From: Candidatus Latescibacterota bacterium
Lineage (GTDB): Bacteria; Latescibacterota; UBA2968; UBA8231
Assembly (NCBI GenBank): GCA_965217585.1
Contig: OZ244561.1
Span: forward strand, 6,624,001 to 6,688,000
Direction of reading: 5' to 3'
DNA length: 64,000 nt
A program made the position numbers and the translations under genes. Position 1 is the stretch's first letter. Each line of letters starts with the position of its first letter. Under the pieces are notes generated by a model. It ran no database searches, had not been told where the DNA came from, and was given only the letters and a program-made list of their open reading frames with translations. Of this stretch, positions 27,926 to 38,057 are shown one piece after another.

Positions 27926-28283
27926 TTTCCTTCTTTAGCAAAGAGCGGATATAGGCGGCAATCTGCTCGCGTTCCTCCGCCGAGAGATGTCGATAGCCCG
28001 GCATAGAAGTACCGGGCATTCCCTTCTGAATCGTTCGGGCGATAGCTGCCTTGCTGTGGCCGTTTTTGTAGGCTGCGGGATCGCGGAAATCGCGAGGGGG
28101 CGGCCGGAGCGTCGCCGCGATCTGGCCATCGCCGCGACCCTCCGGGCCGTGGCACACCGCGCATCCATTGCGGGTGAAGAGGACCTTGCCCTGTACCACC
28201 GCGCCTTTGGCGTCGTCGCTCTCGCCAGCGCAGCCAGCCGCCAAAGCGACCAACGCCCAGCGCCATATCGCGGCCTTAGGCAC
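27909..28283 (-). CDS. Monoheme c-type cytochrome, probable lipoprotein
   Basis: LAAGC lipobox, CAVCH heme motif, GTSMPGY distal Met; overlaps both the phoR stop and the hupE start. Confidence 0.85.
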   Translation of the reverse strand: MPKAAIWRWALVALAAGCAGESDDAKGAVVQGKVLFTRNGCAVCHGPEGRGDGQIAATLRPPPRDFRDPAAYKNGHSKAAIARTIQKGMPGTSMPGYRHLSAEEREQIAAYIRSLLKKENEDTP

Positions 28284-29589
28284 CGCGGCTCTGCAACTCA
28301 AAGCTGAAGGTCGTCCCCGCCCCTAACTTGCTCTGCACGGTCACTTGCTCGCCGTGGACCTCGGCAATGTGGCGCACGATGGCCAATCCCAAGCCCGTGC
28401 CGCCGAGGGCGAGCGAGCGCCCCTTGTCAACCCGGTAGAAGCGTTCGAAAATCCGGCCCAAATCCTCGGAGGGGATGCCAATGCCGGTATCTTCGACGTA
28501 AATCGTTAGGTGATCGGCACCCTCTACGGGCCGCGTGCCAACGCGGACTTTCCCGCCAGCGGGCGTGTATTTGACGGCGTTGTCGAGCAAATTGATGAGG
28601 GCGTGTTCAATCAATTTAGGGTCGCAGATCACCTTGACAGACGGCGGAATGTCGCAGTCAATGGCGATTTGCTTTTGCGCGGCCGCTTGGCTGACCGAAC
28701 CAACGGACGTATCCACCAAGGGCTTTAGCTCACAAGGGACCAGCTCGGCCTCCAGTTGATCGGACTCCAGCCGCGACAGGTCGAGCAAGTCGCCGAGCAA
28801 GTGGGTCAGACGATCGGCGTGATTCTCGATGATGCCGGTGAAGCGGCGGGCCGCCGCCCGGTCGTCGAGCGCGCCATCGGACAAAATCTCGGCATAGCCC
28901 TTAATGGCTGTCAACGGCGTACACAGCTCGTGGGACACATTGGCCACAAAGTCGCGGCGCATCCGCTCTAGTTGGCGCAGGCGCGTAATATCGTAGAGGA
29001 CCGCTACCGCGCCGATGCACTCGCTCCCTTCGAGGACGGGCGCGACCTGCATGTCCAAATGGCGCTCCGGGGCACCGGTCAGCTCCACTTCCATTTCCCG
29101 GCTCCGACCTTCGGCCAAACACCCGGCCAGCGCGTCTTGGATGACCGCGTAACGCACGACCTCGGCGGTCAACAGCCCCTCTAGCGGCGGCTCTAAGCCA
29201 AACAGGTTGGCCAGCGCCTTGTTGGCCAGCACCACCCGGCCAGCGCGGTCGATGACCAAGATGGCCTCGGTAATGCTTTCGAGGATGACCTCTAAGCGGC
29301 TCTTTTCGCTCTCTAGCTGATCGACGCGCTGTTGAATGCGCCCGGCGAGGTCCTCTAGGGCGCGCGCCAACTCGGGATGGAACACCTCCACCCAAGCCGG
29401 GTCGCCGAGGGCCGCTTCGTCGAGCTGGCGCAACCGCTGTCCCTGCCGGCGGGCAGTGCGGCCCCAGAACCAGACTTGGCCGCCAGTCCAGAGCGCGGCC
29501 AGCACGAGCGCGAGTGCGATGTGACCACTCCACCAGACGAGCACGACCAAAAGCGCGTTGCTCAGGAGCAAGATCCACCCGAGGCGCAC
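28276..29589 (-). CDS. phoR: Phosphate-regulon sensor histidine kinase
   Basis: Two TM segments, PAS, FVANVSHELCTPL H-box, NLLDNAVKY, DTGIGI, GGTGLGL; follows phoB. Confidence 0.9.
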   Translation of the reverse strand: MRLGWILLLSNALLVVLVWWSGHIALALVLAALWTGGQVWFWGRTARRQGQRLRQLDEAALGDPAWVEVFHPELARALEDLAGRIQQRVDQLESEKSRLEVILESITEAILVIDRAGRVVLANKALANLFGLEPPLEGLLTAEVVRYAVIQDALAGCLAEGRSREMEVELTGAPERHLDMQVAPVLEGSECIGAVAVLYDITRLRQLERMRRDFVANVSHELCTPLTAIKGYAEILSDGALDDRAAARRFTGIIENHADRLTHLLGDLLDLSRLESDQLEAELVPCELKPLVDTSVGSVSQAAAQKQIAIDCDIPPSVKVICDPKLIEHALINLLDNAVKYTPAGGKVRVGTRPVEGADHLTIYVEDTGIGIPSEDLGRIFERFYRVDKGRSLALGGTGLGLAIVRHIAEVHGEQVTVQSKLGAGTTFSFELQSRGA

Positions 29590-29590
29590 C

Positions 29591-30283
29591 CTAGCGACCC
29601 TCTCTGCGAAAGCGATAGCCCATACCGCGCACGGTTTCGACCATCTCGGCTGCCGTCCCGAGCTTTTCCCGCAGGCGACGGATGTGCGTGTCAACCGTGC
29701 GGCGATAGCCAATGTACTCGTAGCCCCACACCACCTTGAGCAACTCCTCCCGCGACTGCACCCGCCCGCGCCGCTGCGCAAGGGTCGTCAAGAGCTTGAA
29801 CTCGGTCGCCGTCAGCTCGATGGGGTCGCTGTCGAGCTGAACCTGACATCCCACTAGGTCGATGGCCAAGGGACCGGCCATGATCTGCGCGGCTTCCGCT
29901 TCGCCGCGACCCTGGACGCGGCGCAAGATGGCGCGGATGCGCAAGACGAGCTCGCGCGGGGAAAAGGGCTTGACCAAGTAATCGTCCGCACCCAATTCCA
30001 AGCCGACAATGCGATCGACCTCTCCGGCGCGTGCTGTCAGCATCAAGACCGGTATGTCCTTGGTGCGGGGGTTTTGCTTGAGGAGGCGGCAGACCTCTAA
30101 GCCGCCGATGCCCGGCAGCATCAGATCCAAGACCACGAGGCCGACCAGATTTTGCTCAATCGCGCTTAGGGCCTGCTCTTCGTCCTCGGCTGGCACGACG
30201 GCAAAACCGGATTGTTCTAGATGGTACGAGACCAACTCGAGGATGTCGGGCTCGTCCTCGACGACTAGGATTTTGTCGTTCAT
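29591..30283 (-). CDS. phoB: Phosphate-regulon response regulator (OmpR family)
   Basis: VVEDE, LDLMLP, GADDYLVKPF, RTVDTHIRRLR, TVRGMGY; follows phoU. Confidence 0.9.
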   Translation of the reverse strand: MNDKILVVEDEPDILELVSYHLEQSGFAVVPAEDEEQALSAIEQNLVGLVVLDLMLPGIGGLEVCRLLKQNPRTKDIPVLMLTARAGEVDRIVGLELGADDYLVKPFSPRELVLRIRAILRRVQGRGEAEAAQIMAGPLAIDLVGCQVQLDSDPIELTATEFKLLTTLAQRRGRVQSREELLKVVWGYEYIGYRRTVDTHIRRLREKLGTAAEMVETVRGMGYRFRREGR

Positions 30284-30969
30284 GAGTCTTTTTCCTCCCA
30301 CCAGCTTTCTTTTTGGTGCCGCACGATGCGCCCCTCGACGAGGAACACCACGTTCTCGGCGATGTTGGAAGCGTGATCGCCGATCCTTTCGAGGTGCCGC
30401 GACACCAAGATCAGGTATATACCACGGTCGATGGTGTCTGGCCCAATCGACGGCGCGTGCATGTACGTGAGCAGCTCGCGAAAAATCTGGTCGCGCAACA
30501 GGTCGAGTTCCTCGTCGCGCTGACCGACGGCGCGGGCCAAGTCCACATCGCGGCGCACGAACGCATCGAGGGCATCCTTGACCATGCCCTGGGCCAATTC
30601 GGACATCCGCGGTATGTCGATCAGCGGCTTGAGCAGCGGCAGCTTGTTGAGCACCTCAGCGCGCTGGGCGATGTTGACGGCTTGGTCGTTGATCCGCTCT
30701 AGGTCTTCGTTGATTTTCAGGATGCAGGCCAACAGCCGCAGGTCGCTGGCCATCGGCCCTTGGGTCGCAAACATCTTCAGGCAGGTCTCCTCAACGCCGA
30801 TTTCCCAATCGTCGATTTTCTTTCCGCCTTCAATCACTACCTGTATTAGCTCGTCGTCGCGATCCACGAGGGCGCGCACGGCCTGCTCAATGGACTCCTC
30901 GACGGCCCCGCTCATTTTTAATAAGTCCTGTTTGAGCTCGTCTAATTGCTGGTCGAATCTTCGTTCCAT
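30280..30969 (-). CDS. phoU: Phosphate signalling protein PhoU
   Basis: PMASDLR...DLERINDQAVNIA and LERIGDHASNIAE repeats. Confidence 0.95.
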   Translation of the reverse strand: MERRFDQQLDELKQDLLKMSGAVEESIEQAVRALVDRDDELIQVVIEGGKKIDDWEIGVEETCLKMFATQGPMASDLRLLACILKINEDLERINDQAVNIAQRAEVLNKLPLLKPLIDIPRMSELAQGMVKDALDAFVRRDVDLARAVGQRDEELDLLRDQIFRELLTYMHAPSIGPDTIDRGIYLILVSRHLERIGDHASNIAENVVFLVEGRIVRHQKESWWEEKDS

Positions 30970-30983
30970 GGCACCTTTCTGCC

Positions 30984-31766
30984 TCAGCCGAAGCGGCCGG
31001 TTACGTAGTCTTCGGTCTGTTTGCTGCGGGGATTGGTGAACATGTCTTCGGTCTGGCTGAATTCGATCAAGGAGCCTAGATAGTAGAAGGCCGTATAGGT
31101 CGAAATCCGCGCCGCCTGTTGCAAATTGTGCGTGACGACGATGATGGTGTAATCGGACTTCAGCTCGGTGATCGTCTCCTCGATCCGCGCGGTGGCAATC
31201 GGGTCCAGCGCCGAGCAAGGCTCGTCCATCAGCACCACCTCTGGCTCGACGGCAAGAGTGCGCGCAATGCACAGCCGCTGCTGCTGGCCGCCGGACAGGC
31301 CCATAGCCCCGTCCTTGAGCCGGTCTTTGACCTCGTCCCACAGCGCGGCGGCCTTCAGGCTCTTCTCCACGGCCTCGTCGAGCATCCAGCGGCGATTTTC
31401 CCCAGCGATCCGCAGGCCGTAGGCCACGTTCTCGTAGATGGACTTGGGGAAGGGATTGGACTTTTGGAACACCATGCCCACCCGCCGCCGCAAGTCGATC
31501 ACATCGCAATCGGGCGCGTAAATGTCGCGGCCGCTGACCCGCACCGCGCCTTCAATGCGCGCGGATTCGATCAGGTCGTTGAGGCGATTGAGGCAGCGCA
31601 AAAGCGTCGATTTGCCGCAGCCCGAAGGCCCGATAAACGCGGTCACCTCGCGCTCGGGAATGCTCAGGTCAATGTGGTGCAGGGCCTGAGTCTCGCCGTA
31701 GAACATGTTCAGGTTTTCCACTTCGACGATGAGGTTTGCATTGGTCGGGGCTGGGGTCTTGCTCAT
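30984..31766 (-). CDS. pstB: Phosphate ABC transporter ATPase
   Basis: [32 protein letters not shown], ends YVTGRFG. Confidence 0.97.
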   Translation of the reverse strand: MSKTPAPTNANLIVEVENLNMFYGETQALHHIDLSIPEREVTAFIGPSGCGKSTLLRCLNRLNDLIESARIEGAVRVSGRDIYAPDCDVIDLRRRVGMVFQKSNPFPKSIYENVAYGLRIAGENRRWMLDEAVEKSLKAAALWDEVKDRLKDGAMGLSGGQQQRLCIARTLAVEPEVVLMDEPCSALDPIATARIEETITELKSDYTIIVVTHNLQQAARISTYTAFYYLGSLIEFSQTEDMFTNPRSKQTEDYVTGRFG

Positions 31767-31774
31767 TGCATCTC

Positions 31775-33367
31775 CTAAAAGGCCGACATGGCGTATTTCC
31801 TGCGCAGTTTATTGCGGACGACAATCGCCGTCAAGTTCAAGAACAACACAATGGTCAACAGCAGCAGGGCCGTGGTGTACACCATGGGCCGGGCCGCCTC
31901 CACGTTGGGCGACTGGAAGCCCACGTCGTAGATGTGGAAGCCCAAGTGCATAAACTTGCGCTCCAAGTGAAAAAATGGCGCGAACGCATCGAGTGGTAAA
32001 TCCGGTGCCAGCTTGACGACGCCGGTGATCATCAGCGGAGCGACCTCACCGGCCCCCCGCGCCGTCGCCAAGATGACCCCGGTGAGAATACCCGGTAGAG
32101 CACTGGGCAGCACCACGCTCCAAATCATCTGAAACTTGGTCGCCCCCAAAGCCAGTGCGCCTTCGCGCATCTCCCGTGGCACCGCAGCCAAGCCCTCCTC
32201 AGTGGCAACGATGACGACCGGAACCGTCAGCAGGGCGAGGGTCAGCGAGGCCCAGAGAATGCCGCCGGTGCCATACGTAGGCGTCGGCAGGGCATCCGCG
32301 TAAAAGAGCTGGTCAATGCTGCCGCCGATGCCGTACACGAAGAAGCCCAACCCGAACATGCCAAAGACAATGGAAGGCACGCCCGCCAAGTTGTTGACTG
32401 CAATGCGCACGAGGCGCACCAAAAAGCCCTGCCGGGCGTACTCGCGCAGGTAGAGCGCCGCGAGAATCCCGAAGGGCACGGCCGCCAAGCTCATCAGCAC
32501 TACCATCATCACCGTGCCAAAGAGCGCGGGGAATATTCCGCCCTCAGTGTTGGATTCGCGCGGCTCGCCCGCCACGAACTCCCAGCCCTTGGACAGATAG
32601 GTCTGTACCTTGGTCCCGACGCTCATCGAATTGGGGCGATAGGCGCGGACGATGGCCGCCACGGCAACGCGGCGCGGCGCGCCCCCAGCCAGCGCGACCT
32701 CCACCTCCCAGCGCTGGTGCTGCGCCCGTAGCTCGTCCAAGCGCCCCGACAGGGTCTCGTGTTCGGCCCACAGGGCCTGGCGGCGCTCCTCGTTTGCGGC
32801 GAGTTGCGCGTCGTTTTTCTCGCGTTGCAAGCGCCGCTCTCGCAGGCGCAAGTCCTCTATTGCGCGGTTGAGCTCGCCGATTTCTCCGCGCTCCAAGGCG
32901 TGGATGCGCTCGCCCAACTCGCCGGCTTGGTCCATCAGTTCCTGCAGGGCCTCCCAGACCCCCTCCCCTTTTACCAGCAGCCGCTCCTCCTCGTACAAGG
33001 CCGTGATAAAACCGTGCATATCGCCCCACTCAACCCGCTCAAAGACCACGGCCTCGGCTGGCGTTTCGCGCTCGGCAATCGCGTCTTCATCCACCCAGCG
33101 GAAGTCTTGGCCATACACATCGCGGTTGCCAACCTTGAGTTGCACCCGATAACGCCCTGCGGCCCCAGGAACGGGCTGGCGATCCACTAATTTGCCCATG
33201 ATCGGCTGGCCATCTTTGAGGCGCAACAGGGTCAAATTCTGCGGCCAGAACGCGCCCGCGCCGTGATAGACAATGATCCCCACCAAGCCGGCGATCATCG
33301 CCAAGCACAGGGCCAATGCCCCGCCCGTAAGCCAGATAAAAGGGTCGCCCCGACGCCAGAATTTCAT
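31775..33367 (-). CDS. pstA: Phosphate ABC transporter permease PstA (long form)
   Basis: [34 protein letters not shown]; TGATG overlap with the pstC stop. Confidence 0.95.
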   Translation of the reverse strand: MKFWRRGDPFIWLTGGALALCLAMIAGLVGIIVYHGAGAFWPQNLTLLRLKDGQPIMGKLVDRQPVPGAAGRYRVQLKVGNRDVYGQDFRWVDEDAIAERETPAEAVVFERVEWGDMHGFITALYEEERLLVKGEGVWEALQELMDQAGELGERIHALERGEIGELNRAIEDLRLRERRLQREKNDAQLAANEERRQALWAEHETLSGRLDELRAQHQRWEVEVALAGGAPRRVAVAAIVRAYRPNSMSVGTKVQTYLSKGWEFVAGEPRESNTEGGIFPALFGTVMMVVLMSLAAVPFGILAALYLREYARQGFLVRLVRIAVNNLAGVPSIVFGMFGLGFFVYGIGGSIDQLFYADALPTPTYGTGGILWASLTLALLTVPVVIVATEEGLAAVPREMREGALALGATKFQMIWSVVLPSALPGILTGVILATARGAGEVAPLMITGVVKLAPDLPLDAFAPFFHLERKFMHLGFHIYDVGFQSPNVEAARPMVYTTALLLLTIVLFLNLTAIVVRNKLRRKYAMSAF

Positions 33368-35571
33368 CACAGTCGATTGTATTTGTCCCGCAAACGCTGG
33401 CGCACAATTTCGGCCAGCGAGTTGATGCAGAAGGTGGCCATAAACAGCAGCAGGCCGCTGAGGAAGAGCACTCGGTAGAGCGTGCCTTGGTGCGGCGCTT
33501 CGGGTAGCTCCACGGCGATATTGGCCGAGATGGTGCGCATGCCGTTGAAGATGTTCCAATCCATGATCGGAGTATTGCCCGTGGCCATCAGCACGATCAT
33601 GGTTTCCCCGATGGCGCGACCGAGGCCGATCATGGCCGCCGAGAAAATGCCCGGCAGGGCCATGGGCAACACCACCTTGATCGCCGTTTGCCAAGGCGTG
33701 GCCCCCAAGGCCAGCGAGCCGGCGCGCAAGTGGCTGGGCACGCTGGAGAGCGCGTCCTCGCAGATGGTGAAGACCAGCGGAATGACCGCAAAGCCCATGG
33801 CAAACCCTACCACCAAGCAGTTGCGCTGGTCGTAGCCAACGCCCGCGTCTTGCCGCAGCCAGCGCAGGAAGTGCCCGTCAAAGGCCAGTTCCTCAAAGGC
33901 CGGCCCCAGCGCGTACGCCAACCAAGCGGCCAGCAAGGTCACCGCGCCGAGCAAGTACATTTCCCCCACCCGCGCCACCTGACGCACCCAAGCCTCTGGA
34001 GCGTATTGCCAGACCCAAGCCGCGGCCATGACCACGGCCGGCACAGTCGGCAGCAGCAGCAAGGTCCCCAACAAGTGCGATTCGAGCAGTGGGGCCAGCC
34101 ACAAGCCGGCGAGAAAGCCCAAGATGACACTCGGCAACGAGGCCATGACCTCCACGGACGGCTTGACCAAGCCCTGCACGCGCGGTGAGGCAAATTCGGC
34201 CGTGTAAATCGCTGCTAAAATCGCCAAAGGCAGGGCGAAGAGCATGGCGTAGAGCGTGCCCTTGACCGTGCCCAAAATCAGCGGCACCAAGCTGAGCTTC
34301 GGCTCGAATTCGTCCGTGCCGCCGGTGGACTGCCACACGTACTCGCGGCCCCCGTAGCCCTCGTACCAGATAGGGGCAAATAGCACGGCCGCGCTGATTT
34401 CGGGATGGGGATGGTCGAGGGTAAAGCGCCGCAACCACCCGTCTTGGCCGAGGGCCAAAAATCCGTCGGCTTTGGGCGCGAAGACCAACGCGGTCACCGG
34501 GGAGTCGCTCGGCTGTTGAAAGGTCGTCTGCTCGGAGGTCAGGTGGTGCAGGGCAATAGCCCCCTCAGCATCGGCGGTGAGAAACTGCTTGTTGCGCGCG
34601 GAGGCGGCAATGTGGGTAACGGCTGCCGCATGGGGAGCAAAGGCGTGGATTTTGCGATACGACCGCTGCCCAGCTTCCTCGACCTTAAACCAAGTGCTGA
34701 CGTGGCCAGCCGCGTCGCCGACGACCAGCGAAACCTCGCCCAAAGCGTACGCCAGCGCCGAGACCGCGACCTCCGAGACGGCGATGCGCCCCGCAAACGC
34801 AGGTGCTTGCTCCACTGCGCCCAGCCGCCACTCGTACACCTGCCCCCGGTCCGTACCCACGAGCACTTGGCGAATGCGACCGTCGAGCAGTACCTGCGTG
34901 GCCTTGCCGTCGAGGTCGGCCGTTAAGTCGTACTGCCTTGCTTGGCGCTCGCCCGGCCCCAATAGGCCCAGCTGCTGCTCGGCCACCATCACCACCAAGC
35001 GGCCGCTCGCCGTAATCGCCGCCGCGGCCGAGCGACCGTCGTCCCCCTCCCGAAAGGCCACCTGTACCAGCGGCTCGCCCGCCAGATCGACCAGAACGAG
35101 ACGCTCGGCCGCGAACTGGGGCACCACCTGCCGCTGGCCGCTGCTGTAATCGAGCCGGAAGCGAACCTGCGCCAGCAGCAGGTGGCCGTCGTTCGTTCCC
35201 AGTGCCAAAACGTCGTTTGGCGCGCGCTGTGCGGCCGTTACTTCGCGGCCCGCCAGCTCGGATGGCCGCTCGCGGCTGATGACTTGGCCATCGTCCAACC
35301 GCAACAAATCCACCCCTTGGGGACCGACCGCATAAGCGGTCTGATAATAGGGGTCGAGTCCAATGGCGAATGGGCCGGCCGCTTGGTGCGCCTTTTCTGC
35401 TTTTAGCTCCAAGGCGCGGAACAGCGGCCAAGCCTCGGCGAGGACGAAGACGAATATCCCCAAGACGGCGGCGATAATGCCGATGCCACCAAAGGAGATG
35501 AAGCGACCACCCAGCCAGTCGATCACTTGTGCTCGCGGCGTGATCCCGCGCTTATATGGCTTTTGGCTCAC
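33367..35571 (-). CDS. pstC: Phosphate ABC transporter permease PstC (long form, large periplasmic domain)
   Basis: WQSTGGTDEFEPKLSL, MASLPSVILG, GRAIGETMIVLMATGN. Confidence 0.93.
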   Translation of the reverse strand: MSQKPYKRGITPRAQVIDWLGGRFISFGGIGIIAAVLGIFVFVLAEAWPLFRALELKAEKAHQAAGPFAIGLDPYYQTAYAVGPQGVDLLRLDDGQVISRERPSELAGREVTAAQRAPNDVLALGTNDGHLLLAQVRFRLDYSSGQRQVVPQFAAERLVLVDLAGEPLVQVAFREGDDGRSAAAAITASGRLVVMVAEQQLGLLGPGERQARQYDLTADLDGKATQVLLDGRIRQVLVGTDRGQVYEWRLGAVEQAPAFAGRIAVSEVAVSALAYALGEVSLVVGDAAGHVSTWFKVEEAGQRSYRKIHAFAPHAAAVTHIAASARNKQFLTADAEGAIALHHLTSEQTTFQQPSDSPVTALVFAPKADGFLALGQDGWLRRFTLDHPHPEISAAVLFAPIWYEGYGGREYVWQSTGGTDEFEPKLSLVPLILGTVKGTLYAMLFALPLAILAAIYTAEFASPRVQGLVKPSVEVMASLPSVILGFLAGLWLAPLLESHLLGTLLLLPTVPAVVMAAAWVWQYAPEAWVRQVARVGEMYLLGAVTLLAAWLAYALGPAFEELAFDGHFLRWLRQDAGVGYDQRNCLVVGFAMGFAVIPLVFTICEDALSSVPSHLRAGSLALGATPWQTAIKVVLPMALPGIFSAAMIGLGRAIGETMIVLMATGNTPIMDWNIFNGMRTISANIAVELPEAPHQGTLYRVLFLSGLLLFMATFCINSLAEIVRQRLRDKYNRL

Positions 35572-35583
35572 TTGCTCGCGCTC

Positions 35584-36555
35584 TTAGATACCCAATTTGG
35601 CCAATTCGGCTTGGGCGACTTCAAACGGTACGGGCATGTAGCCGTCTTTGACGACAATTTCTTGACCCTCTTTGGAGAAAATGAACGCGCAAAACTCCCT
35701 CACTAGCGGATCCATGGCTTGGCCGGGGGCCTTGTTTATATAAATGTATAGGAAGCGACCGAGGGGATAGGAGCCGTTGAGTACGTTTTCCATGGAGCCT
35801 TGCCTAAACTCCTGTCCCTCGGCCTTGGCCAACGGCACGACGCGCACGCCAGAGGTCAGATAGCCAATGCCGCTGTAGCCTATGGCGAAGCGGTCCTCGG
35901 TAATCCCCTGCACGACGGACGCCGACCCAGGCTGCTCTTTGACCTCGTCTTTATAGTCGCCTTTGAACAGGGCCTGCTTCTTAAAAAAGCCATAGGTGCC
36001 CGAGGCCGAGTTGCGGCCGTAGAGGCTGATCCGGGCTTTGGCCCAATCCCCTTCCAGCCCCAACTGACCCCAAGTGGTCATGTCATTGGGGAACTCGCTG
36101 CGGCGGGTCTTGGAAAAAATCGCATCGACCTGTGGCAGGGTCAGGCCCTCGATGGGGTTGTCCTTGTTGACAAAGACCGCCAGCGCGTCCAGCGCAGCCC
36201 GCAAGGGCGTTGGCTTATAGCCAAAGGCGCGGTCGAATTTGTCCTCCTCGCTCGACTTCATCGGCCGCGACATCGGCCCGAACTGGGCTGTGCCCTCGAT
36301 CAGGGCCGGCGGTGCCGTGCTCGACCCTTTACCTTCGATTTGGATCTTGACGTTAGGATAGTATTTGCGAAAAGCCTCCAACCACAGTGCCATCATGTTG
36401 TTCATGGTGTCCGAGCCAATGCTGCTGGCGTTGCCGGACAGACCACGCACCTTCTCGTAGGGTGCGATCCGCTCATCTATGGCGATTATCTGCGCTTGGA
36501 CGCCAGCAGTGAACACCCAACACATCAGCACCACTCCGATCCATTTTTTTTTCAT
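35584..36555 (-). CDS. pstS: Phosphate-binding protein
   Basis: Signal peptide, GSDT, EGKGSSTA, GPMSR, GRNSASGTY. Confidence 0.95.
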   Translation of the reverse strand: MKKKWIGVVLMCWVFTAGVQAQIIAIDERIAPYEKVRGLSGNASSIGSDTMNNMMALWLEAFRKYYPNVKIQIEGKGSSTAPPALIEGTAQFGPMSRPMKSSEEDKFDRAFGYKPTPLRAALDALAVFVNKDNPIEGLTLPQVDAIFSKTRRSEFPNDMTTWGQLGLEGDWAKARISLYGRNSASGTYGFFKKQALFKGDYKDEVKEQPGSASVVQGITEDRFAIGYSGIGYLTSGVRVVPLAKAEGQEFRQGSMENVLNGSYPLGRFLYIYINKAPGQAMDPLVREFCAFIFSKEGQEIVVKDGYMPVPFEVAQAELAKLGI

Positions 36556-36615
36556 TTTTTCCTTCCCCATACCATTCTTAAAATATGGTCGCTTTGTAAA
36601 ATTTGCAGGATCTAT

Positions 36616-36655
36616 GTTACATCCGTGTGTCTCACGGATGAAACCTAAGTTACAG
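36616..36655 (-). promoter_or_regulatory. Putative Pho-box array upstream of pstS
   Basis: Minus-strand 11-bp period CTGTAAC/GTTTCAT/GAGACAC/ATGTAAC; contains the palindrome CATCCGTG-N5-CACGGATG (36620-36640). Confidence 0.55.
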
Positions 36656-36661
36656 AACTGG

Positions 36662-37624
36662 CTAAAATTTGTAGAAAAAGGTCAGCTGTCCTTGGACGTT
36701 GGCAGCACGGCCGGCGGGCGACTCGATGAGCACATTGGGCATCAGGTGAACGGCTGTAGCTGCGGAGTAGTCGAGGCCGGCGATGAAGAGCAAATCGGTG
36801 GTATCCTCGGCGTCGTGGGTGCCCACATCGAACCGGCCAAAGCCCTTGAACACGGCATTTAGCGGCAGCGAGCCGAAGGCCGAGACCCCGGCGATGACAT
36901 GGTCCTCGCCGTCCTCGCCGGCTAGCTCGTTGGTACGCGAGAAGACCTCTAACCCCGCACTGCCCCGCACTCCCTGCCAGCCGACGAAGCCCTTGAAGGT
37001 CCGCTCGTTGCGACCGGCTGGCCGCGCATTAAAGTCCGCATAGCCTTCCAATATCAATCGGTCCGCAGCCTTGAAACTCAACGAACCATAGAATTTCTTG
37101 CCGTGGTCGTCCTCCGGCCCCTGTCCGGTACCATTGCCGACCATCAGGTGGTAGCTCAGCCGGCCCGCTGCGCCTTTGAGAGCTGCGCCCAAGTCGGCCG
37201 AAGAGCCGATTTTATTCCAATCGAGCGCGGTCTTGGCTACCGAGCGGTAGCCCCAGACCTTTTCGGCAACCGCCCAGGTCGGCGTCCCCGAAAGCCCTAG
37301 GTATATGTCCGCATCGCCTAGCCCCCTCTTCCACTGTAAGTAGCCGTGCTTGACGAAGGGTTCCATCTTCGCACCTTGGGCAAACCCCGCGTCCTGGGCC
37401 TCGAGGCGAAAGCGAATCGCAAAGTCGGTGGCGATATCATCCTGGTATGTGAGGTACAGACGGCGGAACCGGAAAGCATTGCGCTTGGGGGAGTGCTTGG
37501 TGTCGGCCTCGTCGGCAGCCAATACATAGTAGTAGTCGCCAAACATAAGGCCCTTGACCTTGCCCGCTTGGGCTGCGGAGACCAAGCAGCAAAGCAGCAC
37601 TGCGATCAGCGTCATTTTTTTCAT
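36662..37624 (-). CDS. Outer-membrane porin, probably phosphate-selective
   Basis: Signal peptide, FRFRRLYLTY, C-terminal FFYKF; heads the pst operon. Confidence 0.75.
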   Translation of the reverse strand: MKKMTLIAVLLCCLVSAAQAGKVKGLMFGDYYYVLAADEADTKHSPKRNAFRFRRLYLTYQDDIATDFAIRFRLEAQDAGFAQGAKMEPFVKHGYLQWKRGLGDADIYLGLSGTPTWAVAEKVWGYRSVAKTALDWNKIGSSADLGAALKGAAGRLSYHLMVGNGTGQGPEDDHGKKFYGSLSFKAADRLILEGYADFNARPAGRNERTFKGFVGWQGVRGSAGLEVFSRTNELAGEDGEDHVIAGVSAFGSLPLNAVFKGFGRFDVGTHDAEDTTDLLFIAGLDYSAATAVHLMPNVLIESPAGRAANVQGQLTFFYKF

Positions 37625-37700
37625 CTGTGTTACAATTCCCCCTCATTCGATGTCTTTATGTGTCTTTTCTTGTCCCAGAGTACAATAATGGCCTCGCAAC

Positions 37701-37740
37701 ATGACGCTATTATTACAGAATTGTTACGAAATGGTGACAA
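37701..37740 (-). promoter_or_regulatory. Pho box (four 11-bp units) upstream of the porin
   Basis: Minus strand TTGTCAC-catt-TCGTAAC-aatt-CTGTAAT-aata-GCGTCAT, matching CTGT(C/A)A(C/T) plus an AT-rich 4-mer. Confidence 0.8.
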
Positions 37741-37804
37741 TACTCCCCTTCATCCTTGCTAGACATACTCCCTCCGAGGCCTCTTGGTACCGGATTGTAA
37801 TCTT

Positions 37805-37930
37805 GGAGTAACCGCTTCTCAACACAGCCTCTCTATCATATTTCATTCTACTCAGATTGGCATAACCTGCGATATTGAGGGTCGGTTTCAGCTTTTCGAC
37901 GTCCCGACCGGGTCCTACATCGCAAGATGA
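37805..37930 (+). pseudogene. Possible degraded fragment of a carboxypeptidase-regulatory-like domain (TonB-receptor N-terminus)
   Basis: E*PLLNTA / IIFHSTQIGITCDIEGRFQLFDVPTGSY resembles GEPL..A.V.I.GT.IG..TD.DG.F.L..VP.G.Y, with a stop and a frameshift. Confidence 0.35.
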
Positions 37931-37960
37931 CTTTGCTCAAATAGTACCTGCACACAGGAC

Positions 37961-38006
37961 AAAAAAAGAGGGACGGGTTTGCACCCGTCCCTCTTTTTCA
38001 TTTTTT
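37961..38006. terminator. Bidirectional intrinsic terminator
   Basis: AAAAAGAGGGACGGGT-TTGC-ACCCGTCCCTCTTTTT perfect hairpin with T-runs on both strands (GCAA tetraloop on the minus strand). Confidence 0.88.
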
Positions 38007-38024
38007 AGTACTCGCCCCACACAA

Positions 38025-38048
38025 GGGCAACGCCTGCGTTGCCCCTAC
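38025..38048 (-). repeat. Single GTAG-family REP-like element
   Basis: Minus strand GTAG-GGGCAACGC-AG-GCGTTGCCC: GTAG tetranucleotide followed by a perfect 9-bp hairpin. Confidence 0.6.
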
Positions 38049-38057
38049 AATCATCTC

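Noticed and set aside
28915-28935. PhoR H-box HELCTP instead of HELRTP (TGT vs CGT)
   Set aside because: A single substitution with the phospho-His retained; no basis to call loss of function
30970-33694. Long N-terminal extensions of pstA and phoU in the ORF track (likewise phoR, mraY, glgC, GT4, ispG)
   Set aside because: They mostly overlap upstream genes; downstream starts with an RBS or stop-start overlap fit the families better
36544-36552. A9 tract at the pstS start as a phase-variation switch
   Set aside because: Explained by the Lys-Lys-Lys signal-peptide n-region; the frame is intact and variation cannot be seen from one sequence
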